A stretch of DNA of 64,000 nucleotides from Eledone cirrhosa (lineage: Eukaryota), in the NCBI GenBank assembly GCA_964016885.1, contig OZ024745.1, positions 132,804,001-132,868,000 of the forward strand, written 5' to 3'. Below are positions 1 through 13,283 of the stretch, in pieces. The number at the start of each line of letters is the position of its first letter. Within the stretch, counting starts at the first letter, position 1. The position numbers were made by a program, and so were the translations under genes. The notes below the pieces were generated by a model. It was given only the letters and a program-made list of their open reading frames with translations, did no database searches and was not told the origin of the DNA.

Positions 1-27
1 GACTTACCCTTAGGAAAATACCAACAA

Positions 28-96
<69 letters not shown>

Positions 97-127
97 CAGC
101 AGCAGCAGCAGCAGCAGCAGTGGTTTC

Positions 128-199
<72 letters not shown>

Positions 200-328
200 T
201 GTGGTGGTGGCGGCGGTGGTAGTAGTAGCAGTCGTTGCAGTAGTAGTAGTGGTTGCAGTAGTAGTAGTAGTAGTAGTAGTAGAAGTAGTAGTAGTAGTAA
301 TAATAGTAGCATCATCATCAGCAGCAGC

Positions 329-381
<53 letters not shown>

Positions 382-481
382 CAGCAGCAGCAGCAGTGGT
401 TTCATTAGTAGTAGTAGTAGTAGTAGTTGTGGTGGTGGTGGCGGTGGTAGCAGTAGCAGTCGTTGCAGTAGTAGTGGTTGC

Positions 482-520
<39 letters not shown>

Positions 521-536
521 TGTGGTAGTAGTAGTA
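28..536. repeat. Compound (TAG)n/(CAG)n/(TGG)n microsatellite
   Basis: Direct reading; explains the poly-L/poly-V ORFs 10..540 and 120..569. Confidence 0.97.
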
Positions 537-1144
537 ACAACAGTAAAATTATTAATGAAAACGAAGTAAAATCGAAAACAAATTGAAAAAAACTGCCTGA
601 AATACCTGTGGATGTAATGCATTAGGTTCCATTAAATAGTGTAATAGTCTTTAGATAAGTAAATATATTGTGAACGATTGCATTAATAACCTATTACAAG
701 ATGCACATACGTCAATGACTCCCCTATCACACAACCAGGCAAGCACAGTGTAAAACATATGTACAATTCAGTGAATGCAGCGGTGAATAATTGTACTCTT
801 GTCTTCTAAATATTCTAGGTTTGTGACGTATATTTCTCCGCATTGCCAAAATTAAATATACCAATAAAAACAAAACTATGGCAATCCAAACACATATTCA
901 GATATACTTTCTGAAGATCTGTAAAGAATCGTGTAAGTGTACGAAGAAGCAGTGAAGAATGTGTTTCTATACTGCACCCATCAACACTCTATGTAGACGG
1001 CCCCACTACTACAACAACATGGATTCTACAACATATTTGTTTGGATGACGATAACCTTGATATCAATGAAACTTGGATCCCCACAAATTAATTGTTTTAT
1101 GAAGATATACTTTGAATGTGAATAATGTGTCAGCTTTAGAAATA

Positions 1145-1412
1145 GCGAAGGTGTATGGCTTAGTGGTTAGAGCATTGGGCTTTCAATCGAAAGGTTGTGA
1201 GTTCAATTCTCGGACTGGGTGATGTGTTGTTTCCTTGAGCAAGACACTTTATTTTACGTTGCTCCAGTTTACTCAGTTGTAGAAATGAGATGATAAGGCT
1301 GGGGTCCCTATCATTAAATCACCCAAGACACCTTCAACGAGATATACCTTGGAGGAGGCCAGCTAAACTTGCATAGGTGTGAGCTGTCACACACACACAC
1401 ACACACACACAC
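1145..1412 (+). mobile_element. tRNA-derived SINE, family A, with (CA)n tail
   Basis: A box TGGCTTAGTGG, B box GAGTTCAATTC, core CCTTGAGCAAGACACTTT, CA tail; two further copies on the - strand (16928, 19052). Confidence 0.9.
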
Positions 1413-2124
1413 ATACTTAGAAATAGAACCCATAATATTAAAGTATGGCAACAATATAGATGGAAACTTCTATAAACGAACAAGGATGGAACGAACAAAA
1501 TATAGCAAGAAAGTTATGGTAGAAATAGTAAAATAATTAAAATCAATAGAGTATATTCATATGAGTCAATCTATAACAGTAAAATAACAATGACAGATCT
1601 AACCATCGTAGATTTAGTGAAAACAGATATAATCATGAATCATACAGGTAGTGTACACAACAAGTACTGAAGTCACGAATGGAAATAGATATTTCCTGAA
1701 TATTACTCACGTAGCAATATCAAAACCTAATATCGTGGATTACATATAAGCAGAGAATTATATAGGAAACAGAGAAACAAGAAATCAAAAACAGAAAGTC
1801 AAAAAGGGAAAATAAGAAATTCAGATAGCATAAAATAAAGGCGTATTCGAAACAAAAAGATTATTTGAATCAGGAGATAATATCTAAATTTGTTAGATTT
1901 CAAAGTAACAATGGCTCTTTCAATACAACAAATCGTTTCAGTCCACTCCTCAACAAAGGAACTAAAATTTCCCAAGAAACTTTAGTAGAATAATTTTACA
2001 GGGTGTTATAGACATCAAAGGAAAAAACTCTCAAAGGAATGTTAAATTCACAAGTGGCACGTTCAAAGAGACGACAAATCAAATAATAGTACACACCTCC
2101 ACATATATATACATATATATATAT

Positions 2125-2333
2125 ATAGGAACAAGTATGACCCCGACGGCAGAGCTCAAGCCGTTTCGACGGCTAATTCTGGACATTCGACGGCTAAGTA
2201 CAGAATTAGCCGTCGAAACGGCTTGAGCTCTGCCGTCAGGGTCATACTTGTTCCTATTACCCACTCTACTACCCTAAGTATTGTGTACTTTGGTGCATTA
2301 TGGTCCATCTGGTTCCTTACCACATTTCCTTCG

Positions 2334-2335
<2 letters not shown>
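2125..2335 (+). mobile_element. PLE pLTR remnant: fold-back palindrome containing the 3' half of a hammerhead
   Basis: 57-bp arms 2125-2181 and 2201-2257 with 1 mismatch, flanked by (TA)n; GAAA-cggc-ttgagctct-gccg-TC-aggg is HHR stem III plus the cleavage triplet; no CUGAnGA box. Confidence 0.7.
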
Positions 2336-2394
<59 letters not shown>

Positions 2395-2399
2395 TATAC

Positions 2400-2462
<63 letters not shown>

Positions 2463-2465
<3 letters not shown>

Positions 2466-2520
2466 GCGGTGCCCCAGCATGGCCTCAGCCGGATGGCTGA
2501 AACAGGTAAAAGAGTAAATA
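2463..2520 (+). mobile_element. Isolated SINE 3' tail in (TA)n
   Basis: GGGCGGTGCCCCAGCATGGCC...CTGAAACAGGTAAAAGAG resembles an octopus SINE 3' end (recalled, not searched). Confidence 0.55.
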
Positions 2521-2819
2521 TATATATATATATAAATTAAAACATAATGCAAGCGTCAGGAAGTCATAACATTCGAAACCTCCGATTAAAATAGGTTTTT
2601 AACGAAATGCTTGTAAAAATATGAAGAGACTTATTAAACGAGTTACAAACGATAGTTCATTATATTTCATGATCGTACGGGCTCACAGATATTCGTATAT
2701 GTGCATGTCTGCGCTAGCTCAACAATACTGATAAGATTGAACTGCTTAATATACGAACATACAAAATTTCCATTGAGCTGGTTACATATAATTGTTCCTG
2801 ATTGTGGCACTATCAATTT

Positions 2820-3010
2820 GAAGGGAAGCTGCATGTCGATTATCTCAACCCCAGTGTGTTACTCGTAGTTTATTTTTTCGACCCCTTACAGATGAAAGAT
2901 AAAATTGACTTCGGTAGTAATTGAACTAAGAACGTAAATGAATATAAAAGAACGTAAGGACTATATGCCCCAGAGAATGTTGACGGACGCTCTACTGATC
3001 CTGCTAATCC
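2820..3010 (-). mobile_element. SINE family B, degraded
   Basis: TCGACCCC...GATGAAAGATAAAATTGACTTCGG is the reverse complement of the family B core. Confidence 0.7.
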
Positions 3011-3059
3011 ACATTTAGGTGAACTTCTACAGCGTAGAAAATAAACAAATAGAAACAAT

Positions 3060-3600
3060 TAGGAAATTGACAGGAAATTAGTTTTAGAAAAATAAAATAT
3101 ATTAGAATAATCTTAGGTATCGTAATAGAGATAAAAACATATAGCAAAGGTAGACGTATAAATACTTAAGACTAGACTGTGACAAATAAGAATCATAAAA
3201 GACAAATTAATAAACGAATATATAGGATATTAGATTAATACTTTAAACAGAGTTAAATTCCCAGCATAACCTAATCAAGGTTATTATTCTGGCAGTTTCA
3301 GTAATAAGTGCAGTTAAAAGAATTAACAAGTTAGACAAGAGAACAAGTAAAATAATTACGGAACTAAATCCCGACACACATATTATATTTACTATAAATA
3401 CATAACCGCAGGAGTCGTCTATAAGTACAACATTACTATAACTATTGTATGGCTTTAACAATATCTAGGAAGTAATAGCAGAAGTAAAAACAACATCTAC
3501 ATGAGATGAAAGAAGATAATGGAAACTCTTATCTGTATTCATAGAAGCCAACAAATATACTAGAAAACTGATGTAACAGTTCTGTGGAGGAGAGGAATAC
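3060..3600 (+). pseudogene. Ancient R4/Dong-like RT relic
   Basis: Broken-frame peptides YKYLRL, TELNSQHNLI and INKLDKRTSKII parallel YKYLGV, TELNARNRI and IRRLDTKIRK of ORF 11968..12327. Confidence 0.55.
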
Positions 3601-5323
3601 ATTAATAAAGTCTATTCCAACATAAAAGCATGGTTGAAAGGGGTTAGTAAATATTACATTAGGAGCTTTGACAGGAAAGACCGTGTATAACCAATGATTG
3701 TGACGTCTAATAGAAGAATGCAGGCAACAATTAGAAGTGGCAAATTGCTAAGCAATCAATTCTCTAACTTGTATTGTGTCAGAATACAGAACAATTCATT
3801 AGTATACATAAGGTTTCATTAAGATAGACAGTAATGATGTGCCTCAGTTATACAAGCCCATCGAATGGCTTCCATGCCTCTTGTCTCATACCACTTTGCT
3901 TAACCGTGACAATGCAATCTTGCTGTTTGCATTGGTCCAAGGCCATTCTCGCCACTGAATCACCTCTTCCAATCGAAATTCTAACTAGCCTACTATTAAA
4001 GTGTTGTTAATTGTTACATGTTTCTATTGTTCCCGCGCATCATGAGAGGGGATATAATAAATGGGGGGTATTTACATTTTTGTTGCTTTTGGAGATCGAG
4101 TGATAATATTTCCATGTCTTTTTAAGGTTCTTCTGAAAACCCCAAAATATCTGACTTGTTGCGTTGACGAATGACTTTCAATGAAGTTCCTTTGTATATT
4201 GTTCCGTCTTTAGGTTGCTACGCTCGACGTTTAAATTTGTATATTTGTGGCACTTTGAAGATGTTGGTTTTAATGATATCACCTGTTTTAATGCCATTCT
4301 ATTCTTCTTTGAAATACGGGATTTGTTTTTGTTTTAGTCATAGATGTGAATTAGTGTTGAGTTTGTGTATATGTCTGCTGCTGTTGTGCTGGTGTATGTT
4401 TTATTTTGTATCGGACTTGGAACGGTCTCGAAATCAGTTTGTCTTTGAAAATGATGCAGAGAAACAGTGAAGGGAATGTGGTCAGGAGAGAGAGATAGAA
4501 AAGTTTGACAGATCAGTGATGGAAGTTCCCGAAGAAAATGCGAGGATCTATAAAAAAATTTACAAAAATAGGAGATGGAAATAAAACATGAACAAAAATA
4601 CAAATAAGGACATATAACAAATACATAAATATGGAGAAAGCACAATACGTAAAATAAATATTAATCTTTAAAAATCTACAAAAATAAAATAAAAGTCCTT
4701 CCACCCAGACACATGTGAGAGCCTTTATTCATCTGGGTTTAGAGGACACCTCGTTGAACACACCCTTGGATGTTTTCCTAGTGGAGGTCTCTCCACACAG
4801 CATTACGGTTAACAAAAGGTTTCTCATCTCCTCCGGATATGTTTTAAAATATAATAAACTTAAGGTAACATTTTCGCCAAAATTAGCTTCTCATAAATTT
4901 GTAAATTTCCCGCTTTGTTGAATGCTTATCCAACCCAATGCTTATGACGCATATTCTGTTTTTGGAAACAAACAACGTTTAAGATTATGATGCAGATTAT
5001 CATCGTAATATAATCAGGATCATCATAATGGTGAAAGATGAAGATGAAGACAGGTAATTTATATTAGTTATAGACGGGATGTAGACACAATTTAGTTATA
5101 CTTCAATAGATAAAAGTATTCGAGCGATGACCATCCTGTCTTATTACACACAGTATCAACTTGTTAAAAACAAACTTAATAGGTAATAGGTGTTTGAAAG
5201 GGGCTTAGTTAGAAGCTCCTCTCAATCAAATGACCAAATAGAGGTTGGTCTTTTGGGTTCTTGGTTCTCTCAGTTTTTACCGTAATGATACAATATATCA
5301 GGATTATCATCATTATTATTATA

Positions 5324-5710
5324 TAAAGTTCAAATCCCGCCGAGGTTGACTTTGCCTTTCATCCTTACGGGGTCGATAAAATAAAGTACCAGTAATACAC
5401 TGGGTAATGGCTGGCCTTGTGCCTAAAGTAGAAACAATTATTATCATATAAAGTACCAGTAATGCACTGGGATAATTGCTGGCCTTGTGCCCAAAATAGA
5501 AATAATTATTATTAACCTTAGGGCGGTGGATTGCCAACATCGGTAGATCGTCGGAAACACTGGTTTGTAGCATAGAGGTTCAGCCCTTTACATTCCAATT
5601 TCAAATCCCGCGTCGGTAATATAAAGTACCAGTTATGCACGTGGGTCGATATAATCGATATCCCCCACCCCAAAAATTTGCTGGCCTTTTGCCTAAATCA
5701 GTAAACTTCA
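5324..5710 (+). mobile_element. Tandem SINE family B copies and fragments
   Basis: GTTCAAATCCCGCCGAGGTTGACTTTGCCTTTCATCCTTACGGGGTCGATAAAATAAAGTACCAGT; the 3' part is duplicated (5448-5505) and a second head starts at 5521. Confidence 0.85.
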
Positions 5711-6017
5711 TTATCATTATGATCATCTTTATCCTCTTCCTTCTCCTCTATATCCACCTCCCCCTCTTCATCATCATCATCATCATCGAGATCTTAACAG
5801 TTATAAATTCTGAAGGTGACTGGTACTATGGTAATTCCTCAGAGAAATTTCCGTGGTAAATATTTCAATCTAGAGACAGAGAACTGGGAAGAGTGTAACT
5901 TGGTGAAATAAATCTATTTCATATTTTATTCTGAAAGCTATTGTTGACATGTATTATTTATTTATGTATTTATATTCGGTGGTTTTTAGTTGCGAATCAA
6001 TGTTGTATACATATTCC

Positions 6018-6019
<2 letters not shown>

Positions 6020-6069
<50 letters not shown>

Positions 6070-6121
6070 TATATATATATATACATATATATATATGTAT
6101 ATATATATATAAATATACATA

Positions 6122-6185
<64 letters not shown>

Positions 6186-6207
6186 TATATATATTTATAT
6201 ATACATA
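6020..6207. repeat. (TA)n microsatellite
   Basis: Direct reading. Confidence 0.97.
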
Positions 6208-6456
6208 TTTCAAATTACACATATGCTATACATCTTCATTCTCATATGTCAGTAAGATAGAAGGTGTTCCTTTGTCCTCTCTGATTACATTGTCGCTTGG
6301 CTGGAGGCAATTTCCTCGGTCACCATGTTTTCCTAATCTCTAATAAATAAGATAACTCTCAATAACAATTGCCAAATATGAATTTACAAATTCAACCAGA
6401 ATGTTGATGTGTACATCGTCTGGAATAGGTTCGTATCTACACACACACATACACAC

Positions 6457-6494
<38 letters not shown>

Positions 6495-6507
<13 letters not shown>

Positions 6508-7855
6508 TAAATTTGAAGACTAAAATCTAAAGAGGGCTCGATAAGGATAAATATATATTAAATATATAAGAACTGTAGAGCATACCCATTCTTTTCGTTA
6601 TCCTCTAAGAAGGAATATGACGTCACTTTCAGCTTATATCTCGAGTCTAAAAGACAACCACACCCAATATAAGTTACACTGGGAGGTCCTAGCTACGGCT
6701 AGATCTTATAACGGAAATGAAAGACCATGTGATCTCTGCGCCGCTGAAGCGCTGGAAATACTCTACGCCACTGACCACATCTTAAACAAAAAATCTGAGG
6801 CAATTTTGGCTTGCAAACATAAATTGCACAAAGCTTTCCTGTATTACAGCCCCACATTATACCCTAACGGATGGTACGATCTATACGCGGATATTTTACG
6901 TCTTGATGTGGTAGCTAAGTATATGTTATGTTTATACCATTACTTATTTGCATAGGTAAATATATATTACCTGTATGTTTTGTGAAGGTTCGTATACTTT
7001 CTCGTACGTATATTTGATTGTATATGTTATGGCGTATATTTTCATATATTCTGGTTATGTGTAGACGTGAGTTTTGCGTCTGTGTGAGTACGCGGGTTCG
7101 TACGTATGTAGGGTGTGTGTGTATATGTGTACTTCGTGTTTTGGTTGACGTACGTACCGAACATTTGTGTATTTAGATGTAGGTCTGTGTGTGCGCTTGT
7201 TATATACGTATTTATTTATTTATATACGTTTATTTAATTATTTGTATACACGCACACACACACACATATATTCATATGCGCGTGTATTTGTATACCTATG
7301 GCGAGTGTTTTCAGTATGCTTGTGAATGTACGTATTTGGATGCGTGTATGTATTTATTTAATTTCAATTACCTCTGTATTTTATTTACTTTATTCTTAAC
7401 TCTGAAGCGGAGAATCATACTGTTTCCTAGTTGTCTACGACTTCAGTTATACCATTTACGTGGTTTTGTCTTTCCATGCAATTGTTCTCCACGCACCACA
7501 TAATGACGTATTATCTTCGTTTTTTCTGTTCATTGCTAGAGAACGTCAATATAAACTACCTAAGAGAATATTAGTCTACGACTTCTTTTATACCATTAAC
7601 GTGGTTCTGTCTTTGCGTGTAATTGTTCTTCACCGCTCTAAATAATGACGTATTAAATTCGTTTTTTCCCGTTCTTTTTGCCAGGGAACGTTTCCACGAA
7701 CCAAAGTATCGTCTTCCTGTCTTCTTGCAGTTTCAACGTTTTTTGAAATATTCACTTCTGCGTTTACAGATTGACTTTGTTAGTTTCAGAAGATCCCGTT
7801 AAGGGTGAAAGCACCGATTCTTTGCTTAAACTTAAATATGTTATTTTAATAAATA
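6495..7855 (+). mobile_element. 5'-truncated Naiad-type PLE: inverted pLTR piece, GIY-YIG C-terminus, 3' UTR with HHR
   Basis: ORF 6617..6955 (TSLSAYI..HWEVL..CDLCAAE..LNKKSE..CKH) matches ORFs 36363 and 46337; 6495-6580 is the inverted family end; HHR at 7782; both ends lie in (TA)n. Confidence 0.85.
7782..7832 (+). ncRNA. Type I hammerhead ribozyme with one core lesion (U4A)
   Basis: agttt-CAGAAGA-t-ccc-gttaa-ggg-t-GAAA-gca-ccgattctt-tgc-TT-aaact; all three stems pair. Confidence 0.75.
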
Positions 7856-7869
7856 TATATATATATATA

Positions 7870-8640
<771 letters not shown>

Positions 8641-8641
8641 T

Positions 8642-8689
<48 letters not shown>

Positions 8690-8955
8690 CGCATACGCTA
8701 AACAACGAAGGCCATGTGTTGTCCTTCGCCGACACATCTGTTTTCTCCTCTGAGAAGCCCCAGTAGGTGGATGTGAAATTCGAAATATAGGCACTATTAA
8801 ATCACTTCCAAGGAAACTCTATCTCGTGTTATTATTTTTTTAACATTTTTTCCTACGTTCTTTTACACTTCCTGTTACATCTCTCTCTCATTACCACCTG
8901 ATTCTGTTGCCTGGAGATTTATCCATCTGCATTCTTGTGGCTTCCAAAACGACTA
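8690..8955 (+). mobile_element. PLE 3' end/pLTR homologous to 51200-51480
   Basis: Shared blocks TTAAATC..CCAAGG.AACTCT.TCTCGTGTT and GGAGATTTA.CCATCTGCATT; flanked by (TA)n. Confidence 0.7.
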
Positions 8956-10619
8956 TATATATATATATATGTATGTATGTATAGCGTCATCATCATCGTC
9001 CTTATTTTAACGTCCTTTATAAAGCACAAAGTCTACACAATACAATATATATCATTGACACTAAATACCAATAAATCATCGCGTATTTTCTATATCAAAA
9101 TTAGTCAAACTAACTTTGCATATAACCGTCTAGAGCCGGAAAAGATGTTAGGAGCATGCACCATAGGATTCGAAAGACTACCTCCCATATTCCGAGGGCA
9201 ATGAAATCCAAATCACAAAGATAGAGCTGAAAAATATTCCCATCATTTTAAGCTTCATAATATACATTCTATATCCACTCGTTCAAAACTTCCAATCGTA
9301 ACATGAGGAAATCTTTAAAGGTAGAAATATAAGTTCCCATCTTACCGGTTCCATATGATCGCGGATATTGAGACTTATCTTCGGTTGAAGTGCCGCACCC
9401 TTAAATATTACTTAAATCTCGAAAAGATTTAGCTTTTATCTACTCATACTAATTTATTTCGTTATTACTTGGACACTTACCATACTAATCAAAGATAGCC
9501 CTGACAAAACTATTAAATATCAAGCTTTTTATTGTTATTAATACCGTTAATATTACATACCTAATTATTATTTATAGTTTCGAGTCTCTTAATGTTGTTG
9601 TCGGTACTAGTAATTGTTTTATCGGTACAATGTGTGAGGCTTACTATTTTATCCGTCTTTATAACTGACTATCCTTTTGAATATGGGGTGTGATGTGTCT
9701 AAAAATAGGGTAGGTGGAACATAACATTGCATCTAAACTCCTTCATTCAGCACTATCCCGGACGACTATTAATAATGTTTTTTCCAACCAAACACAAATA
9801 CATCGTAACTCTTATTGGCGGTGACTAGGCAAAACGACATTCTTTCCCATCTGTTTATCAAATTTATTTCCACGAGGACCATATACCTTGTTTTCCATAG
9901 GAATTAGGAAAGCTGATCAGAATTAAATTTCAGATAAAGAATTTTCTTTATAGAGAAATATTTCAGTAGGTGAAGTAAGGTAATATGACCTCTCCAAGTT
10001 ATTAAAGGAAATGTACAATAAATGATGAAAACTATTCAGTGTGAAAACACTTATAATCGTGCATTGGTGGACTCTACTCTCCGTATAGGAAATGTAAATC
10101 TCAGTCCCCGATAAATACATGCCATTATATGGTTAATTCTTCAAGTTAGAATTCCAATAATAGTTAATATATCTATTTTAAATATTTATCCAATAGAAAT
10201 GTATTTATTTCCTCTCTCTTTTCTGTGGTGTATTTGGAATATTGTGAACCATTTCAAACAATATTTTAATGGCAGAGCAGAACAGGCAAAATACTGACCA
10301 CCATGGTATTTATACAAGCATAACGTAATAGGTTTCTGAAATATCAACAGAGATAAAGACACGCCGAATAGAGTGTTTGAAAACAGATGTCATGCTTTTA
10401 CTTTCAATGTTTATCAGAATGACTTGGGTAAATATTTAATTGTAGAATACTAAATATATAGTAAATTAGAAGTCAACAATTAATAGTGTGCAACACTAAA
10501 ATGCTTAGGTATATATATAGGTGTAATTTTGTTGCCAATTATTGATCTGTTTACTGTACAAACTATTACTATTTAATGGTTTCACACATTTTATATATTT
10601 GGAAGTAATTATGAACTAA

Positions 10620-11030
10620 AAGAGAGATGTGTGTCTGAACTGTGTCAAGCTGAAACTAGGTGAACGATTTAATCGTATCTCATTACTATAGAAATTTATT
10701 TATACCACAAGATCCATATTTCAAATACTTCCAATAGAATAGAAGAGGATGGAATCGATCTGAATGGATCAGTTGGACGCCTTAATTGAAAAAAGAATAT
10801 TTACTATCAATAATGTTGGAAAGTAAGAAGAATACGAAAATATGGTAATGACTATTTAATCGAATGCCACTAGATTCATCATTTTGAACTGGTTAAAATT
10901 TTTCATTTATATTGTATATTACTCATCGTATAGCGATCCTCATATAGATACGAACACAATGGAAAATATTAATCACCATACGAGGACAATAACCATTTGT
11001 ATGCAAACAATATTGAAACATAAAAAATCA
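10620..11030 (+). pseudogene. Highly decayed CR1/L2-like RT relic
   Basis: MPLDSS..FILYI and LYANNI loosely resemble VPQGS..LFILYI and LYADDI. Confidence 0.3.
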
Positions 11031-11276
11031 AAATAAGCAATATCATAACTTCTTTAGAATGGAAAGGTGAGGAAACATTCTATTTCATAATGGATAATTG
11101 CATATTAATTAAATAAATATACAATACTGTAAATGAAATAGCCTTTATTAAAAATAGATTAACAATATATTAACTGTAGATATATGCTCGGTGTTTAGCA
11201 GAGAGCTGCGATATCTAATGAAAAATTTCATGGAAATAAATTATGCATATTCGATAAATACAAGAGACAATATCAC

Positions 11277-11372
<96 letters not shown>
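11277..11372. repeat. (AAT)n microsatellite, the start of a LINE cluster
   Basis: Direct reading. Confidence 0.97.
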
Positions 11373-11824
11373 CACATTCTGAGAAATGGTATGAGCATAA
11401 GCCAGAGGCGGTGATAGAGAACGATCAGGTGAATGTGCTGTGGGATTTTAGGATACAGACGGACAAGAAACTGGAACACAATAGACCTGACCTCGTGGTT
11501 GTGGACAAAGAAAAAAGATCGTGCCTGATTGTGGATGTGGCCTGCCCATTCGACACGAGAGTGCAAGAGAAGGAGAGGGAGAAAATTAACCGATACCAGG
11601 ACTTAAAGTAAAAAGGATTTGGAACTGCCATGAAGTCAAGGGATGGTTAAAGAAAATCGGCCCCTTCACGCTTTTTGGAACGCTTCAAAAGCGTGCTTGC
11701 TGGGAACAGCAAGAAACCTCCGATACGTCCTGAATATCTGAGGCTGCAGGTAGTGGCTTGATATTCATTCCAACAAACTTTCCAGTTAACTAACATCAAT
11801 GACTGAGACTCAAGGAGTAATAAC

Positions 11825-11886
<62 letters not shown>
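11373..11886 (+). mobile_element. R4/Dong-like LINE family A, 3' fragment with internal deletions and (AAT)n tail
   Basis: ORF 11411..11611 carries the REL motif RPDLVVVD..IVDVACP; close paralogue of 12752-13257. Confidence 0.9.
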
Positions 11887-12276
11887 GGACTAGATAAATG
11901 CGCCAAAGCAACGTTAACCAGAGGAAAGCTGCTGAAGAGTTCAGACATTAATCTTGATCGGGGGAATGTGATAAGAGAACTTGATCAAGAAAAAACTTAC
12001 AAATATCTAGGTGTTTGTGAAGGAGGCGGAATCAAGCACTCGATAATGAGGGAAAGGATAAGGAAGGAATGTTACCGCAGAGTAAGAGCAATCTTAGGAA
12101 CGGAATTGAATGCAAGGAATAGGATCGACGCCATAAACACGCTTGCCATACCAGTAGTAACCTACAGTTACAATGTCATCAACTGGTCAAGCACAGAGAT
12201 CCGTAGGCTCGATACAAAAATTCGAAAATTCTTAACCATGCACAGAATGCATCACCCTAAGGCAGATACAGATAGA
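11887..12276 (+). mobile_element. R4/Dong-like LINE family B fragment (duplicate of 13284-13673)
   Basis: RT C-terminal/thumb YKYLG..HHPKADTDR; near-identical to the downstream copy. Confidence 0.9.
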
Positions 12277-13283
12277 GGACTGTGTTCAGATGGAGAAAAA
12301 CAACCTATACAAATACGTGACCTATAGTAAGGAGCCAATGCTCAGAGCTGTACTGAAGGAGGGGACAGTAGGCCAGGGGATATCCAAGGAGGAAATAACA
12401 TCAAGGAGGAAGAGCAGCCTTAAGGGAAAATCCCTTCATAGTACCTTCTTTGAGAAAACTGAATTTAGAGATCCACAGACATGGAACTGGTTGAGAAGAG
12501 GAGACCTCAAAAAGGCTACAGAAGGAATGCTAATGGCTGCGCAGGAGCAGGCCCTCAAAACGAAGTGGTTGAAGCACCATATCTACAAGGAGGAGGCTAG
12601 CCCACTGTGCAGGATCTGTGGAGAGAGAGAGGAGACTGTGGCTCACATTGTGTCCGAGTGTAAACACCTAGCCCAGACCCACTATAAGGGCTGGAGACAC
12701 GATGTGATGGGCAGGGTCATCCACTGGCACCTGTGCAAAGTAAACAATCTACCACATTCTGAGAAATGGTATGAGCATAGGCCAGAGGCGGTGATGGAGA
12801 ACAGTCAGGTGAAGGTGCTGTGGGATTTTAGGATACAGACGGACAAAAAACTGGAACACAATAGACCTGACCTGGTGGTTGTGGACAAAGAAAAAAGATC
12901 GTGCCTGATTGTGGATGTGGCCTGCCCGTTCGACACGAGAGTGCAAGAGAAGGAGAGGGAGAAAATTAACCGATACCAGGACCTAAAGTGGGAGGTGAAA
13001 AGGATTTGGAACTGCCATGAAGTCAAAGTGATCCCGATTGTCATAGGCGCACTGGGGACTATCTCCAAAGGTTTCCAGGGATGGTTAAAGAAAATCGGCC
13101 CCTTCACGCTTTTTGGAACGCTTCAAAAGGCATGCTTGCTTGGAACAGCAAGAACCCTCCGATACGTCCTGAATATCTGAGGCTGCAGGTAGTGGCTTGA
13201 TATTCAATCCAACGGACTTTCCAGTTAACCAACATCAATGACTGAGATTCAAGGAATAACAATAACAATAATAATAATAATAA
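12277..13283 (+). mobile_element. R4/Dong-like LINE family A, 5'-truncated, with (AAT)n tail
   Basis: ORF 12290..13180: AAQEQAL, CCHC knuckle CRIC..HIVSEC, RHD, PD..D REL nuclease, IGALG. Confidence 0.92.

Noticed and set aside
1145-1220. tRNA gene (also at 17110, 19220 and 52149)
   Set aside because: A and B boxes run into SINE cores and tails in multiple copies; these are SINE heads
7435-7690. SECIS element in the Naiad 3' UTR (AATGACG motifs)
   Set aside because: Spacing to the AA loop is wrong and no matching GA quartet was found; it is a ~140-bp tandem duplication
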